From: a virus
Taxonomy: Duplodnaviria; Caudoviricetes
DNA length: 55,586 nucleotides
Reading direction: 5' to 3' (one strand)
Virus record (IMG/VR): IMGVR_UViG_3300048838_000528
Location: 1-55,586 of that record
How positions within the stretch are numbered: the first letter of the stretch is position 1; each line of letters opens with the position of its first letter. The position numbers and the translations under genes were made by a program. Below are positions 15,644 to 25,936 of this stretch, piece after piece. The notes below the pieces were generated by a model that had not been told where the DNA came from, ran no database searches, and saw only the letters and a list, made by a program, of their open reading frames with translations.

Positions 15644-17686
15644 ATGAACTTATTTGAAGTAAGCGTTCAAGAAAGCAATAAAGTTTTGCTTAAAGAGTTT
15701 ACAATTGAAAATTATCGGTGTATCAAAAGTGATACAATCAAGGTTGATAGCGAACGTGGAATTGTGTTTACAGGTGATAGCGGTGTTGGTAAAACCACAC
15801 GTATTGAAGCGTTGCTTTGGCTTTTGACAGGAAAATTATTTGACAATAGCACAAACGGTTTGGCTACTTATATCATGCCTAAAGACGCAACGGAAGAAAC
15901 TATTTTGTTGGTTAGTTCAACATTTAGTGTTGGGATGGAAACCTTTATTCTTGAAAAGAAAATGAAGGATGGCGAAACATTTTATTATGTAAATGGTGTA
16001 AAGAAAACCGTGATAAAAGATTACAACCGTGCCATTCAAATCATTTTTGGATTAGAAGAAGCAACAAGACGCATTGAAAATGAAACTAAATTGCTTCAAA
16101 AAGTAGATTTGCTTATGTTAATTTCCGTTTTAGATTTTTTCCCAACATTGGATAATAAAACTTTACGTGAATTGGTTTTACTTGTTGGTGGAAATGTTGA
16201 TGTTAAAACACTTGAAATGAGTGCCGATTTGCGTGCCGTTTTAACAAAATATGGTTTTGATTTAGATGTTGCAAAAAAAGAAATCAAACTTAAACTTAAA
16301 GGTGATAGAACGGTTACGGGATTGGAAAAGCAAATTGAAAATATCCAAAACGAATTGAAAACACACCGAGAAACTTTAGGAAGAATTGGCTCGTTAGAAA
16401 ATATTGAAAGTGCTAAAAACGAAATCCAAACAATTCGTAAACGTCTTGCTGAAATTGAAATCGAGTTTACTAAAGGTGAACAAGAATTGTCAAAGGAATT
16501 TGATGATAAAATTGCTGATAAAGAACGTGAACTTCGTGAATATGCCAATGAAAAACGTAGTGAAATTACGGACGAATTAAAGGGCATTGAAAATGAAATT
16601 TCAAAACTCCGTGAAGAATATGCAAACCTTTCAAATGAAGTCAAAACACGTGAACTTAAAATTGAAACTTTACACCAAACAGTAGCGTTTAAAGAAAGCA
16701 CGATAAATGGCATGAAAGAACGTGGTAAAACTTTGGTAGAGCAAAAGAAACTTATCAAAGCACAAAATGAAATCACGTGTCCTAAATGTAATCATGTGTT
16801 TACGGTAGAACACGACCATTCAGACATCACCGAAATTGATACTAAATTACGTGAATTGAAAAACGATATCCAAGTGTTAGAAAAAGATATTAAAGACCTA
16901 ACACAAGAAGAAATTGATGTTAAAAAAGAGATGGAAGATTGGACTTTTAAACGTGATGAAATCAAACAGCAAGGTGTTACGCTGAATGAAACTTACGAAC
17001 AACGCCGTACAAGCGTGATAGAAGCCCGTAGCAACGTTTTTGAGGATGAACATGAACTACGTATCATCCAAGAACTAAACACGCTTAAAAACGCTAAAAA
17101 CAATGTGTCTTTGGAATTGTCTGTTAAGAATGTAAAACTTAAAACCGAACGTGAAAATTTGCAAACGAGAGAAGTTGAACTTTTAGGGTTAGTTGGTAGT
17201 GAAAAAATGTATCAAAGCACGCTTGAAAAAATTGAAGAATTAGAAGCAAAACAAATTGCGACACAAAAACTTAAAAACGCTTTCGACCAACTTGCAATCG
17301 AAATAAAGATTTTAGAAGAAGAATATTTGAAACAGTTAGACCGAAAAATCCTTAATGCGTTTGGCGAAAACATCCGTTTCAAAATGTTTGAAACCAATGC
17401 TTCTAATGATAACTTAACACCCGTTTGTGAAATGTATGTTAAAGATAGTTTTGGTAGATGGGTAAACGCAATAAATGGTATCAATACAGGTCATAGCGTT
17501 CCGAGATTGGTTGAATTCATCGTTTGTGTAAAACGTGCATTAAATATCCGAGATGGAGTGCTATTGATTGACTTTTTTGAAAGTATCGGTAGTGAACCTT
17601 TAGAAGAATTACTGACTTACGGTCAGCAAATCATTGCAACACAAGTGGTTAGAAATCAAAACGAATTAGGAAAAGAGGACTTATGA
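15644..17686 (+). CDS. Rad50/SbcC/SMC-like ATPase
   Basis: Walker A GDSGVGKT, long coiled coil, CPKC zinc hook, Walker-B-like LLIDFFES. Confidence 0.88.
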   Translation: MNLFEVSVQESNKVLLKEFTIENYRCIKSDTIKVDSERGIVFTGDSGVGKTTRIEALLWLLTGKLFDNSTNGLATYIMPKDATEETILLVSSTFSVGMETFILEKKMKDGETFYYVNGVKKTVIKDYNRAIQIIFGLEEATRRIENETKLLQKVDLLMLISVLDFFPTLDNKTLRELVLLVGGNVDVKTLEMSADLRAVLTKYGFDLDVAKKEIKLKLKGDRTVTGLEKQIENIQNELKTHRETLGRIGSLENIESAKNEIQTIRKRLAEIEIEFTKGEQELSKEFDDKIADKERELREYANEKRSEITDELKGIENEISKLREEYANLSNEVKTRELKIETLHQTVAFKESTINGMKERGKTLVEQKKLIKAQNEITCPKCNHVFTVEHDHSDITEIDTKLRELKNDIQVLEKDIKDLTQEEIDVKKEMEDWTFKRDEIKQQGVTLNETYEQRRTSVIEARSNVFEDEHELRIIQELNTLKNAKNNVSLELSVKNVKLKTERENLQTREVELLGLVGSEKMYQSTLEKIEELEAKQIATQKLKNAFDQLAIEIKILEEEYLKQLDRKILNAFGENIRFKMFETNASNDNLTPVCEMYVKDSFGRWVNAINGINTGHSVPRLVEFIVCVKRALNIRDGVLLIDFFESIGSEPLEELLTYGQQIIATQVVRNQNELGKEDL

Positions 17687-18090
17687 AACTAAACACAAAC
17701 TATTTCTACTTTTTCAATGAAAACGATAGGGAAAAAGCAAGAATGGAAAACATTTTGGCAAAACTAAACATTCACTATATGCCAATTAAGGTTGTTCCAA
17801 GCAAAGTGGATGAGAAATTTGTAGAACTTATGCTTGAATTTTGCGAAAACGGGTTTGACGACCTAATTAAAAATCCAAAAAAGGTGGATTTTGGCGTGGG
17901 AGATATTTATGATTTAAAATATAGTGAACTTGTTACCTTAATAACTGAAAACCCTGAAAAATATTTAAAACCTGCATGGTTTTTGGGAAACAGTGGTGGC
18001 AACGGAGTTTTAACAAGCAAGGGGATTGAGGACGAATTTACGGTTTATCTAAAATACAGTGAGAGGGAAATGAGTGAAATATATGGTTAA
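17683..18090 (+). CDS. Spx/ArsC-like protein lacking CxxC
   Basis: ENGFDDLI, SELVTLITENPE.YLKP and EDEFTVYL...R segments parallel Spx. Confidence 0.6.
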   Translation: MKLNTNYFYFFNENDREKARMENILAKLNIHYMPIKVVPSKVDEKFVELMLEFCENGFDDLIKNPKKVDFGVGDIYDLKYSELVTLITENPEKYLKPAWFLGNSGGNGVLTSKGIEDEFTVYLKYSEREMSEIYG

Positions 18091-18913
18091 TGAAATGAAG
18101 TTTAAACACGTAGAGGGTATTAAGATTATTCAACACGTATTACCGCACACATTAGAACAAATTGAGATTATCCCGATTGGCGACGTTCACATTGGTGATA
18201 GTGAGGCTGATATTAAGGCGTTACAAAACGTAGTAAATTATGTTTTAGATAAACCAAATCGTTATGTAATCCTAAATGGTGATTTAATGAACACGGCACT
18301 TAAAACATCCGTTAGTGATGTTTATGGTGAATTATTAAGCCCTATGGAACAAGTCCAATTTGTTAAGAATATCTTAATGCCCATTAAAGATAGGGTTCTT
18401 GCACTCGGACAGGGAAACCATGAAATGCGGACTTACCTATCGGCAGGCATTGACATTACTTATATGCTCGCTTTGGAAATGGGTATTCAAGATAGATATT
18501 GTCAAAACTCATTTGTGGTTTATCTAAAAGTGGGGGAAAGCCAAACGTCAAGACCTTCAAAAATCAAACAACAAGTCTATACAATTTTTGTTCAACATGG
18601 TCGTGGTGGCGGTCGCAAAATGGGGGCTAAAGTCAATCGCTTGGTGGATATGGACGATATTATTTGCAACGCTGACCTATATATCATGGGACACGTACAC
18701 ACACCTGTCAATCTTCCACAATCAACTTTCGTAAGCGATGAACAAAACATGACGATTTCAAGACATACGGGTTATTACATGATACACAATGCCTTCTTGG
18801 ACTTTGGCGGTTACGGTTTGACCTATGGTTTTAGACCAACATCAAAATCTTTTAGCAAGGCTATTTTATACACTAAAGGTAGAAAAGAAATCGAATTAAG
18901 TGTGAGGGGTTAA
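18074..18913 (+). CDS. calcineurin-like metallophosphoesterase
   Basis: GDVH, NGD, GNHE, HG, GHVH motifs. Confidence 0.9.
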   Translation: MKYMVNEMKFKHVEGIKIIQHVLPHTLEQIEIIPIGDVHIGDSEADIKALQNVVNYVLDKPNRYVILNGDLMNTALKTSVSDVYGELLSPMEQVQFVKNILMPIKDRVLALGQGNHEMRTYLSAGIDITYMLALEMGIQDRYCQNSFVVYLKVGESQTSRPSKIKQQVYTIFVQHGRGGGRKMGAKVNRLVDMDDIICNADLYIMGHVHTPVNLPQSTFVSDEQNMTISRHTGYYMIHNAFLDFGGYGLTYGFRPTSKSFSKAILYTKGRKEIELSVRG

Positions 18914-18916
18914 AAT

Positions 18917-19327
18917 ATGGGAATGTATACACAATTATTTTTAGACATTTCTTTAAAAAAAGATATACAAAAAAATGTTATTGATACACTTAAATATATG
19001 GTTTATGGAAATGATGAAATTGATGATAATTTTTGGAAAGAACCTTACAGCAGGTTAAATTGGTGTTTTAATTCATCGTCTTATTATTTTAATAACTCGT
19101 CCTTTTCTGAATTTCGTTTTGACAGTATAGGAGGAAATTATAGATTAGTTGTTTTGTGTGATTTTAAAAATTACAACAATGAAATAGATACATTTTTAGA
19201 ATGGGTGTTTCCTTATATAGATGACGATGGAAATATGCTTGGTTATTGGAGATATGAGGAAGAAAAAGAACCTGTTATTATTTATGGGGATTATTTTAAA
19301 AAAGTGAAGGAGAAAACAAATGGGTAA
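18917..19327 (+). CDS. conserved phage hypothetical protein
   Basis: MGMYT...KNYNNEID.FLEW...GY.RYEE..EP family pattern. Confidence 0.75.
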   Translation: MGMYTQLFLDISLKKDIQKNVIDTLKYMVYGNDEIDDNFWKEPYSRLNWCFNSSSYYFNNSSFSEFRFDSIGGNYRLVVLCDFKNYNNEIDTFLEWVFPYIDDDGNMLGYWRYEEEKEPVIIYGDYFKKVKEKTNG

Positions 19328-20300
19328 AATAGACATTATCATTCCGACTTATAAGGCAAGAGAAACGATTTTTCAAGCCTTATCAAGTATTGCAATCCAA
19401 TCGGTAGCCAAAAACATTCACGTCCACCTTGTGGTGGATTGTGATGGCTATAAATATAATGATTTATACCACCGTTTTGTGGGAGAATTTGGTGATTTCA
19501 CGATTTATTATTTAGATAAAAATGGTGGTCCCGCCGTAGCAAGACAATATGGAACTGACAAATCGACTTCGCCTTACATCATGTTTTTAGACGCCGACGA
19601 TACATTTAGTGGTGCGTTTGCGATTGAAAGTTTGCTGTCAATTATGGAACACGAACCCAAATTTGTCTTGGTTTCAAGCGTGTTTTATGAGAAAAGACAA
19701 AACCTATCGTTTGTAGAACATCAAAATGACATGACGTGGGTTCACGGTAAAATGTATCGCAGGGATTTTCTTAATAAGTACGGCATTCGTTTTAACACAA
19801 CACGTGCAAATGAAGATGTAGGATTTAACACCCAAATTAAATTATTAGAAAATGAAAATGAAAGAATACATTTCGCTAAAACTTTGACTTACTATTGGCA
19901 TTGGAACGAAACGGGTATCACCCGTGTAAATAATTTTGAATACACTTACGACCAGTCCTATACAGGTTGGGTAGATAATCAAATTGACGCCATCCAACAC
20001 GCATTAAAATGGTTACCAAAAGACAATGAATTTTTGGTAGGTCACTCCATAGAAACACTTACAAACATTTATATTTATCTTTTAAGAATTAGATATAATA
20101 GACCTGAACTTGAACCAAGAGCGTGGGATTACGCAAGAAAATATTATGAAGAAGTGATTGGAAATATCGACACAAGTAACCTATTACCAAAAGATTTTGA
20201 TGAAATTGTAAGCGTAACAATTGAAAGTCAAATCATGTTACTTCGTGGGCATATTATTGATATGACGTTTGACAAGTTTATGGAAATATTGGTAGCATAA
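19320..20300 (+). CDS. glycosyltransferase family 2
   Basis: IIIPTY, NGGPAVARQYG, FLDADD, NEDVGF. Confidence 0.9.
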   Translation: MGKIDIIIPTYKARETIFQALSSIAIQSVAKNIHVHLVVDCDGYKYNDLYHRFVGEFGDFTIYYLDKNGGPAVARQYGTDKSTSPYIMFLDADDTFSGAFAIESLLSIMEHEPKFVLVSSVFYEKRQNLSFVEHQNDMTWVHGKMYRRDFLNKYGIRFNTTRANEDVGFNTQIKLLENENERIHFAKTLTYYWHWNETGITRVNNFEYTYDQSYTGWVDNQIDAIQHALKWLPKDNEFLVGHSIETLTNIYIYLLRIRYNRPELEPRAWDYARKYYEEVIGNIDTSNLLPKDFDEIVSVTIESQIMLLRGHIIDMTFDKFMEILVA

Positions 20301-20303
20301 AAC

Positions 20304-20332
20304 TTGACATTACTACAAAAATATGGTATAAT
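20304..20332 (+). promoter_or_regulatory. sigma-A-type promoter for the sigma-factor operon
   Basis: TTGACA-17-TATAAT with TG extension. Confidence 0.9.
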
Positions 20333-20359
20333 TAAAAATAGTAAGGTGGTGATTGCATT

Positions 20360-20905
20360 GTGATGACAGAAAAAGAAATTGAAATGAAATTAGAGGAATA
20401 CAAAGGACTTTTAATTTCAACTGCGAAAAGATACTACCTAAACGAAATGACTTTTGATGATATTTACCAAGAACTTTGCATGGAGTTTGTGAAAGCATTG
20501 AAAAAACACGATGAAAATGGAAATGCGAACCTTAAAACGCTTTTCATAACTTATGCTAAAAATTGGTTCAAAGTGAAAATCAAATCACAAAATTACCAAA
20601 AACGTGGCGTACCATTGCGAATTGATGATGAAAATATTGAGAACACCGATTTGTATTCGTTTACCATGTCAAAAGACTATACACCCGATGAAATCGAATA
20701 TCAAGAGAGATTGGTGGAAGATATACGGTTTTTTCTTGACGAGCACAAATGGGGCAATATATTTTTGGAAGTTGAAGAAAATGGCAAGACCTTGCGAGAA
20801 ATCGCAATAGAAAAGGGCATTTCATTCCAAGCAATAGGAAGACAGTATTTAAAAGTCAAAGAAGAATTATTAAATTATTTACGGGAAAGAGGTTACGATT
20901 TATGA
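20360..20905 (+). CDS. sigma70-family RNA polymerase sigma factor
   Basis: region 2 DDIYQE...KALKKHD and region 4 GKTLREIAIEKGISFQAI. Confidence 0.82.
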   Translation: MMTEKEIEMKLEEYKGLLISTAKRYYLNEMTFDDIYQELCMEFVKALKKHDENGNANLKTLFITYAKNWFKVKIKSQNYQKRGVPLRIDDENIENTDLYSFTMSKDYTPDEIEYQERLVEDIRFFLDEHKWGNIFLEVEENGKTLREIAIEKGISFQAIGRQYLKVKEELLNYLRERGYDL

Positions 20906-21198
20906 ATTATGAAGAAATAATTAAAAACGTAAAACAATTAAGCAATTTAGCAGAATGGTACGAAAGCGATGTCATTAGCGATGGATACGAAGAGGCTAAA
21001 AAGCATAGAGAAGACATGACACGGCGTGTTATTAAGTTTATTGAGAAAGAGCATGAGTTGTTGGGGTTGTATCAAAAAGCATCACATTATCAAATAGGTC
21101 ATAATTTAGGCTGTTTATCTGTCGATGATAAAAAAAAATGGATTGAAATTGAAAAACAAGTTGATGATTTAGAAAAAGAATTGGAGGAAATGAAATGA
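20902..21198 (+). CDS. hypothetical protein, EKELEEMK family
   Basis: shared C-terminus with 7435-7644. Confidence 0.75.
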   Translation: MNYEEIIKNVKQLSNLAEWYESDVISDGYEEAKKHREDMTRRVIKFIEKEHELLGLYQKASHYQIGHNLGCLSVDDKKKWIEIEKQVDDLEKELEEMK

Positions 21199-21449
21199 TT
21201 ACACATGAAGAAGTAAAACAAGAATTAAAAGAACAAACCGATTATACATTTATAAAATTGCCAAAAACTTATCAATACTTAAATCAACAAGAAAAGAAAG
21301 ACAAGTTGCTTGAGTTGTATCGTAAAGCAAAACAGCAAGTTTTAGATTATGTAGATACTCCAAACAAAACTCCCAAAGTATTACATTTATTGTTAGATAT
21401 TCATGAAACATTAGACGAGATTGAAGCACTTGAGGAGGAACTGAAATGA
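21195..21449 (+). CDS. hypothetical protein, related to 20902
   Basis: KLLELYRK...EIEALEEELK. Confidence 0.75.
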   Translation: MITHEEVKQELKEQTDYTFIKLPKTYQYLNQQEKKDKLLELYRKAKQQVLDYVDTPNKTPKVLHLLLDIHETLDEIEALEEELK

Positions 21450-21760
21450 CACCTAAAGAAGCCTTTAAAAAATTATATGAAAAAGTTGGTAACCAATATA
21501 TACCTTTGGGTTTTGTAGGAAAACCAAAAGGAACACGAGACGAACTATGTTTGAAAGTCGATAACGCCTTCACCGAACTTGAAGTACTTAAACTACAGAA
21601 AGAAAAACTTATCAAAACTATTAAAAGTTTGATAAGCAAGACCGAAGCGTGGGAAGAAAAAGAAAATAAAACTGATTTTGAAAAGGGTATAGCAAGGGGT
21701 TATTCAACCATGTTGGACCAATTGTTGGTTGGTATTTGTTTTAATGAGGAGGAAAAATAA
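21446..21760 (+). CDS. hypothetical protein, MTPKEAFK family
   Basis: MTPKEAFK...NAFTELE.LK shared with 7641. Confidence 0.75.
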   Translation: MTPKEAFKKLYEKVGNQYIPLGFVGKPKGTRDELCLKVDNAFTELEVLKLQKEKLIKTIKSLISKTEAWEEKENKTDFEKGIARGYSTMLDQLLVGICFNEEEK

Positions 21761-22045
21761 ATGATTATTAAATTACCAAACGAGAACTTTTATGTGGATT
21801 TTGACAAGGATGGAAATTACACGCTATATGAAACTAAAACTACGCAAAGTGGGAAAAACGCAGGGACAAAATACGATACGCCTATTGGCTATTACAACAC
21901 GCTATCTTCTGCCGTAAAGCGTTACATTTCAAGACAACTTGGCGAAAGTGAAGATACCATTACGATTGAACAATTTTTAAAAATATATGAAAGATTAGTG
22001 AACGAAGTAACACAATATCTTATGCCGAAAGAGGTGAATGTGTAA
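21761..22045 (+). CDS. conserved phage hypothetical protein
   Basis: GKNAG...IGYY.TL..A pattern. Confidence 0.7.
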   Translation: MIIKLPNENFYVDFDKDGNYTLYETKTTQSGKNAGTKYDTPIGYYNTLSSAVKRYISRQLGESEDTITIEQFLKIYERLVNEVTQYLMPKEVNV

Positions 22046-23199
22046 TGTCAAATGATTTGCAAATGACAAAACAAAAAACAAGGTTAGAGGTTGCAAACGG
22101 AATTATTGCCGTTATTGAAAAGTTTAGTGAAGCACGGGCTTTAGAACTCGACAACTACCAAAAGACTTGTGGTGTAAACGCATTAAACTTTGTTGCAAAC
22201 ACTTTGGTAGATGATATTTCAGTGGATTTAAGCCGTGAGAACGTAATTAGTGTGGTTCAAAACCTTATGTTTTTAAGATTAAATGTAGCAAACGGCGAAG
22301 TTGCCCTAATTACACGTAATAGCAAAAAGGGTAAAATTCTTGAAATGCAAGTCATGGGAACAGGTTATGACGCACTTTTAAGAAACTTTGGGTTAAATAT
22401 CAATAAAGTTCACAATGCATGGCTAATTCGTGAAAATGACACGTATGTCCCAAGCGAATACGTTGGATTAAAACGCACTGAACCAATTTGGAAACTTGGT
22501 GGCAAGGACAAAAAAGAACGTGGTAGACTAATCAAGGTTGTTTACCCGATTGAACTCGAAGATGGAACTGTTGAATATTTAGAGGGCGAACGTGAAGATG
22601 TTAAGATTTCTCTAATTGCACAGGCTAAACAAAATATGATGAGAGCCAAAGATAAAAAAGAAGCCGAAAACATTTTAAGACAAATGGAAGAACTCGATTT
22701 AGATGAATTGCTTGGCAATCCCGAATGGCGTGATAAAGAAGTTGTAACAAAAGTTTATGATAATGGAAAATTTGTTGATGGGGCTACAAAGATTTTTAAT
22801 GACACTTATACGGGTTTCTCACGTGAAAATATGATTGAACGCAAAATGCGTAACCATGCGATTAGAAAGTATCCAAAAAATCTTGATAATGTTTATGTTC
22901 GTGAAGCATACGAAAGCACTTATGAAGAAGAAAGATACAACAAACCCATGAACGATAATATTTTAGAACATACACAAGGTGCTTTGGAAACCGAAACACA
23001 AGAAAAAGCAAATAGTATCGTGGTAGAAGAATTAGAAAAAGAAGTAGTTGAACCTGTTATTATTCAAGAAACAAAATCAACCGAAAATGATAGAAAAGTT
23101 GAAAATCAACCAAAAACGGTTGAACCAATCACGGTGGAAGCAGAACCTGTTTCGACCATAGACGAAATTGACAAAGATTTAGATGACTATTTCGAGTAA
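22045..23199 (+). CDS. recT: RecT-like single-strand annealing recombinase
   Basis: LRLN...E, G.GYDALLRNFG, WLIREND, VVYPI, M..RKMRN.A motifs; adjacent MBL hydrolase. Confidence 0.8.
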   Translation: MSNDLQMTKQKTRLEVANGIIAVIEKFSEARALELDNYQKTCGVNALNFVANTLVDDISVDLSRENVISVVQNLMFLRLNVANGEVALITRNSKKGKILEMQVMGTGYDALLRNFGLNINKVHNAWLIRENDTYVPSEYVGLKRTEPIWKLGGKDKKERGRLIKVVYPIELEDGTVEYLEGEREDVKISLIAQAKQNMMRAKDKKEAENILRQMEELDLDELLGNPEWRDKEVVTKVYDNGKFVDGATKIFNDTYTGFSRENMIERKMRNHAIRKYPKNLDNVYVREAYESTYEEERYNKPMNDNILEHTQGALETETQEKANSIVVEELEKEVVEPVIIQETKSTENDRKVENQPKTVEPITVEAEPVSTIDEIDKDLDDYFE

Positions 23200-24046
23200 A
23201 ATCGGTAGGCTTGTTAATTTGGGCAGTAGTTCAAAAGGCAATTCGTTTTATATTGAATTGCTGTCTAATGCAACTAACAAGCCATTACGCATACTGTTGG
23301 AGGTTGGTTTTGATTTCAATGAACTTTTAAAACGCATGGTAAAAAACGGTATCAAAATAAACGATATTGATTTGGTATTGGTATCCCATAAACACACCGA
23401 CCACAGTGCTTCTATGGTGGAGTTTGTAAAACGGGGAGTACCTGTTTACGCACCAAAACAAGCGTTTGAACATCACGGCATTTTTTACCAAGATGAATAC
23501 CTTTTAGAAGAATATAAGTGGAAGAAAATTGGTTTTGGTACACATATTATGGCTTTACCTTTAGAGCATTTTGATAAAGGTGAAAAAGTAGAAACATTTG
23601 GTTTTATATTAAATGTTGATAATGAAATGAATATGCTTTTCGCAACCGATACAAAATACATCCCACAAGATTTATCAAAGTTTAATTTTGATGTGATTTT
23701 TATTGAGGCAAACTATTTGGAAGATACCGTAAAATACGCATTGTTAGACGCTGAAAAAAGCAAGGACGCAAACAATATTTCACGATACGCACGCCTTGTG
23801 GATAGCCATATGAGTTTAGAAAACATGGTGCGAACTTTAGATGGAAGTATTAGAGAGGGTGCAAAGCCTTTTAATTTAAGTAAAACACAACTCATATTTT
23901 TAATTCATTTATCAAGTAATAGAAAAACAAATGAAACTTATTACAAAGAGTTTACACGAAATTATTTAGAGCGAACTAAAAGCAAGACAAGAAAAAACGA
24001 CAACTTAAAAATAGTTGTATGTAAAAGAGAGGGTTGTTTTTTATAA
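23183..24046 (+). CDS. MBL-fold metallo-hydrolase (YycJ-like nuclease)
   Basis: LGSSSKGN, SHKHTDH, ATDT, IEANY, SHMS, IHLS. Confidence 0.88.
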   Translation: MTISSKIGRLVNLGSSSKGNSFYIELLSNATNKPLRILLEVGFDFNELLKRMVKNGIKINDIDLVLVSHKHTDHSASMVEFVKRGVPVYAPKQAFEHHGIFYQDEYLLEEYKWKKIGFGTHIMALPLEHFDKGEKVETFGFILNVDNEMNMLFATDTKYIPQDLSKFNFDVIFIEANYLEDTVKYALLDAEKSKDANNISRYARLVDSHMSLENMVRTLDGSIREGAKPFNLSKTQLIFLIHLSSNRKTNETYYKEFTRNYLERTKSKTRKNDNLKIVVCKREGCFL

Positions 24047-24288
24047 TGAAAAACAATGCTATATTGCCTATTGAAAAAGAAAAAACTGTTACGGTTGAAA
24101 TTATATTTTCGTTCCCAAACGAAATGGAACATGAAGAAGTTGAAGGAATTGTAAAAGAAGGAGTAAAAACAATTTCTATGAATACTGATTTTTTTAAAAA
24201 CTTCAAAGAATACCACATAAATTACGATTATATGCTACCTGATTTTGATGGGTGCGTTTCATTTGAAGATAATTATTTTGAAGATTGA
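24046..24288 (+). CDS. hypothetical protein
   Basis: coupled ORF. Confidence 0.6.
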   Translation: MKNNAILPIEKEKTVTVEIIFSFPNEMEHEEVEGIVKEGVKTISMNTDFFKNFKEYHINYDYMLPDFDGCVSFEDNYFED

Positions 24289-24521
24289 TGGACTTAACAA
24301 AAAACGCATACGAAGAATGGTTTTATCTTAATGGAAATGTGGTTAGCGAAAAGAAATTTATGAATAGTTTTGATAGGAATACTTTGAACTATAAAACTTC
24401 CACACAATTCAAACTTGCAAAACGTATTTTGAGTGGTGAAAATGTTAAGATAAAACAAAATGTTTACCATTACGAAGAAAGGAATGTGGTGACAGGTGAA
24501 ATTAAAGAGCAGAAATATTAA
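24288..24521 (+). CDS. hypothetical protein
   Basis: coupled ORF. Confidence 0.6.
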   Translation: MDLTKNAYEEWFYLNGNVVSEKKFMNSFDRNTLNYKTSTQFKLAKRILSGENVKIKQNVYHYEERNVVTGEIKEQKY

Positions 24522-25338
24522 ACGTATACACATTATTGGGCAAAACGGAAATGAACCATCCAAAGTGATGTTTGAAATATTTGAACCACTTAAAAAGAAA
24601 AAGATAACTTCAACTTGGTTTCCTAATCTTTACGGTGCTTCTGATTTCAATAAAAAGGGTGACGAAGTATTAAAATTTTACAACTTTTTAGAAGGTGACG
24701 CCTTTAATAATTTTTATTCACTTCGTGGTTTTATTGCAGAACGTATCATTCAGGATAGCATAAAGAAAAAAGGCTATCCATATAGAATATTCAAAGATAC
24801 TTTTGACATCTTTTTATACACGAAAGAGGGAGATAACAAACTTTATAAGTACTTTGGTGGGCTTCCTGACTTGATTTACGAAAAAGATGGCTCTGAAAGA
24901 TTATTAGAAGTCAAGTCAAAAGAACTTGTTAAGAAAAATTATGTTGAAAGCAACCCACCTCAAACGGAAATTATGCAGGGGAAAATGTTAGCGTTGCTTC
25001 GTGGCTTGGATAGGGTTTCCATGACTTACGTTTTGTTTGGTGAAAAGGCTGAACGAAGCATGTATTTAGCAATGAACTCGCCGTTTGATTTGCAAGTAAG
25101 TGTCAAAAAGTTTGATGAAATCATGCCGGTTCTAAAATACAAAGAAGATTACGAAATTGTTGTGAAAGACTACACTGTAAACAAAAACGAACTTTTAGAA
25201 CAAATGAAAACGGCTTACAAATACGCCGATGGGTTTAGACAAACGCTTACGCTTAATTTAGACGATTTAAGCGAAGAAGTAAGAAAGCAAATCTTTGAAT
25301 TAGAAATGGAATTAGAGGAGGACTTCAAGAAAAAATGA
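24496..25338 (+). CDS. PD-(D/E)xK exonuclease (YqaJ/Cas4-like)
   Basis: RG..AE, GGLPD...LLEVKS, Q-containing downstream helix. Confidence 0.72.
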   Translation: MKLKSRNIKRIHIIGQNGNEPSKVMFEIFEPLKKKKITSTWFPNLYGASDFNKKGDEVLKFYNFLEGDAFNNFYSLRGFIAERIIQDSIKKKGYPYRIFKDTFDIFLYTKEGDNKLYKYFGGLPDLIYEKDGSERLLEVKSKELVKKNYVESNPPQTEIMQGKMLALLRGLDRVSMTYVLFGEKAERSMYLAMNSPFDLQVSVKKFDEIMPVLKYKEDYEIVVKDYTVNKNELLEQMKTAYKYADGFRQTLTLNLDDLSEEVRKQIFELEMELEEDFKKK

Positions 25339-25541
25339 CACTAAAAACATTCTTAAAAACAAAGGATAAAAAAGTTAAGGTACAGGTTCATTTGCAATTA
25401 TCAAGCGACCCAACTATCGAGGAATACTCGGTAAGTGACGTAAAAGATAGTATAATTGGCAGGGCACACTTATTTGATGTTGTAAATTGGACCGTTCAAT
25501 TTGACAATTATGAACCTTTAGTGGTGGTGACTGTAAAATGA
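25335..25541 (+). CDS. hypothetical protein
   Basis: ATGA-coupled ORF. Confidence 0.65.
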   Translation: MTLKTFLKTKDKKVKVQVHLQLSSDPTIEEYSVSDVKDSIIGRAHLFDVVNWTVQFDNYEPLVVVTVK

Positions 25542-25936
25542 CGTTAAAAAAGAAGTTAGAAGAATATCAAAAGGTTAAAAGACAAATCGAAGAACTCTAT
25601 CGTAAAAAGATGGCAATTGAAAAAACCATTATAGACGAAATGGAACAAATTGACCCACAAACTTATCAACGTAAAAATGAAATTGATTTAGATGACGCAT
25701 ATTCCTTGCTATTGATTTACGAAAACAATATTGACCCCAATTTAGTGCGTGAACATTATCCAACAATTTTCAATTATGGGCAACGGTTATATTTTGATTA
25801 CAAACAAGCCATGAGTTCTTTAGAAAGTGCAAAAGACTTTTGGTCGCTTATGAAAATTTGCAGGGTAAAAACGCCAAAACTGAAAGTGGTGAAAAAGAAT
25901 GGAAAAGGAACTTCAAGAAGAAATACGCAAGTATAA
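25538..25936 (+). CDS. hypothetical coiled-coil protein
   Basis: ATGA-coupled ORF. Confidence 0.7.
   Translation: MTLKKKLEEYQKVKRQIEELYRKKMAIEKTIIDEMEQIDPQTYQRKNEIDLDDAYSLLLIYENNIDPNLVREHYPTIFNYGQRLYFDYKQAMSSLESAKDFWSLMKICRVKTPKLKVVKKNGKGTSRRNTQV

Noticed and set aside
16096-16776. 226-aa minus-strand ORF and other antisense ORFs in the track
   Set aside because: Shadow frames of real genes on the opposite strand, with no RBS and unnatural composition
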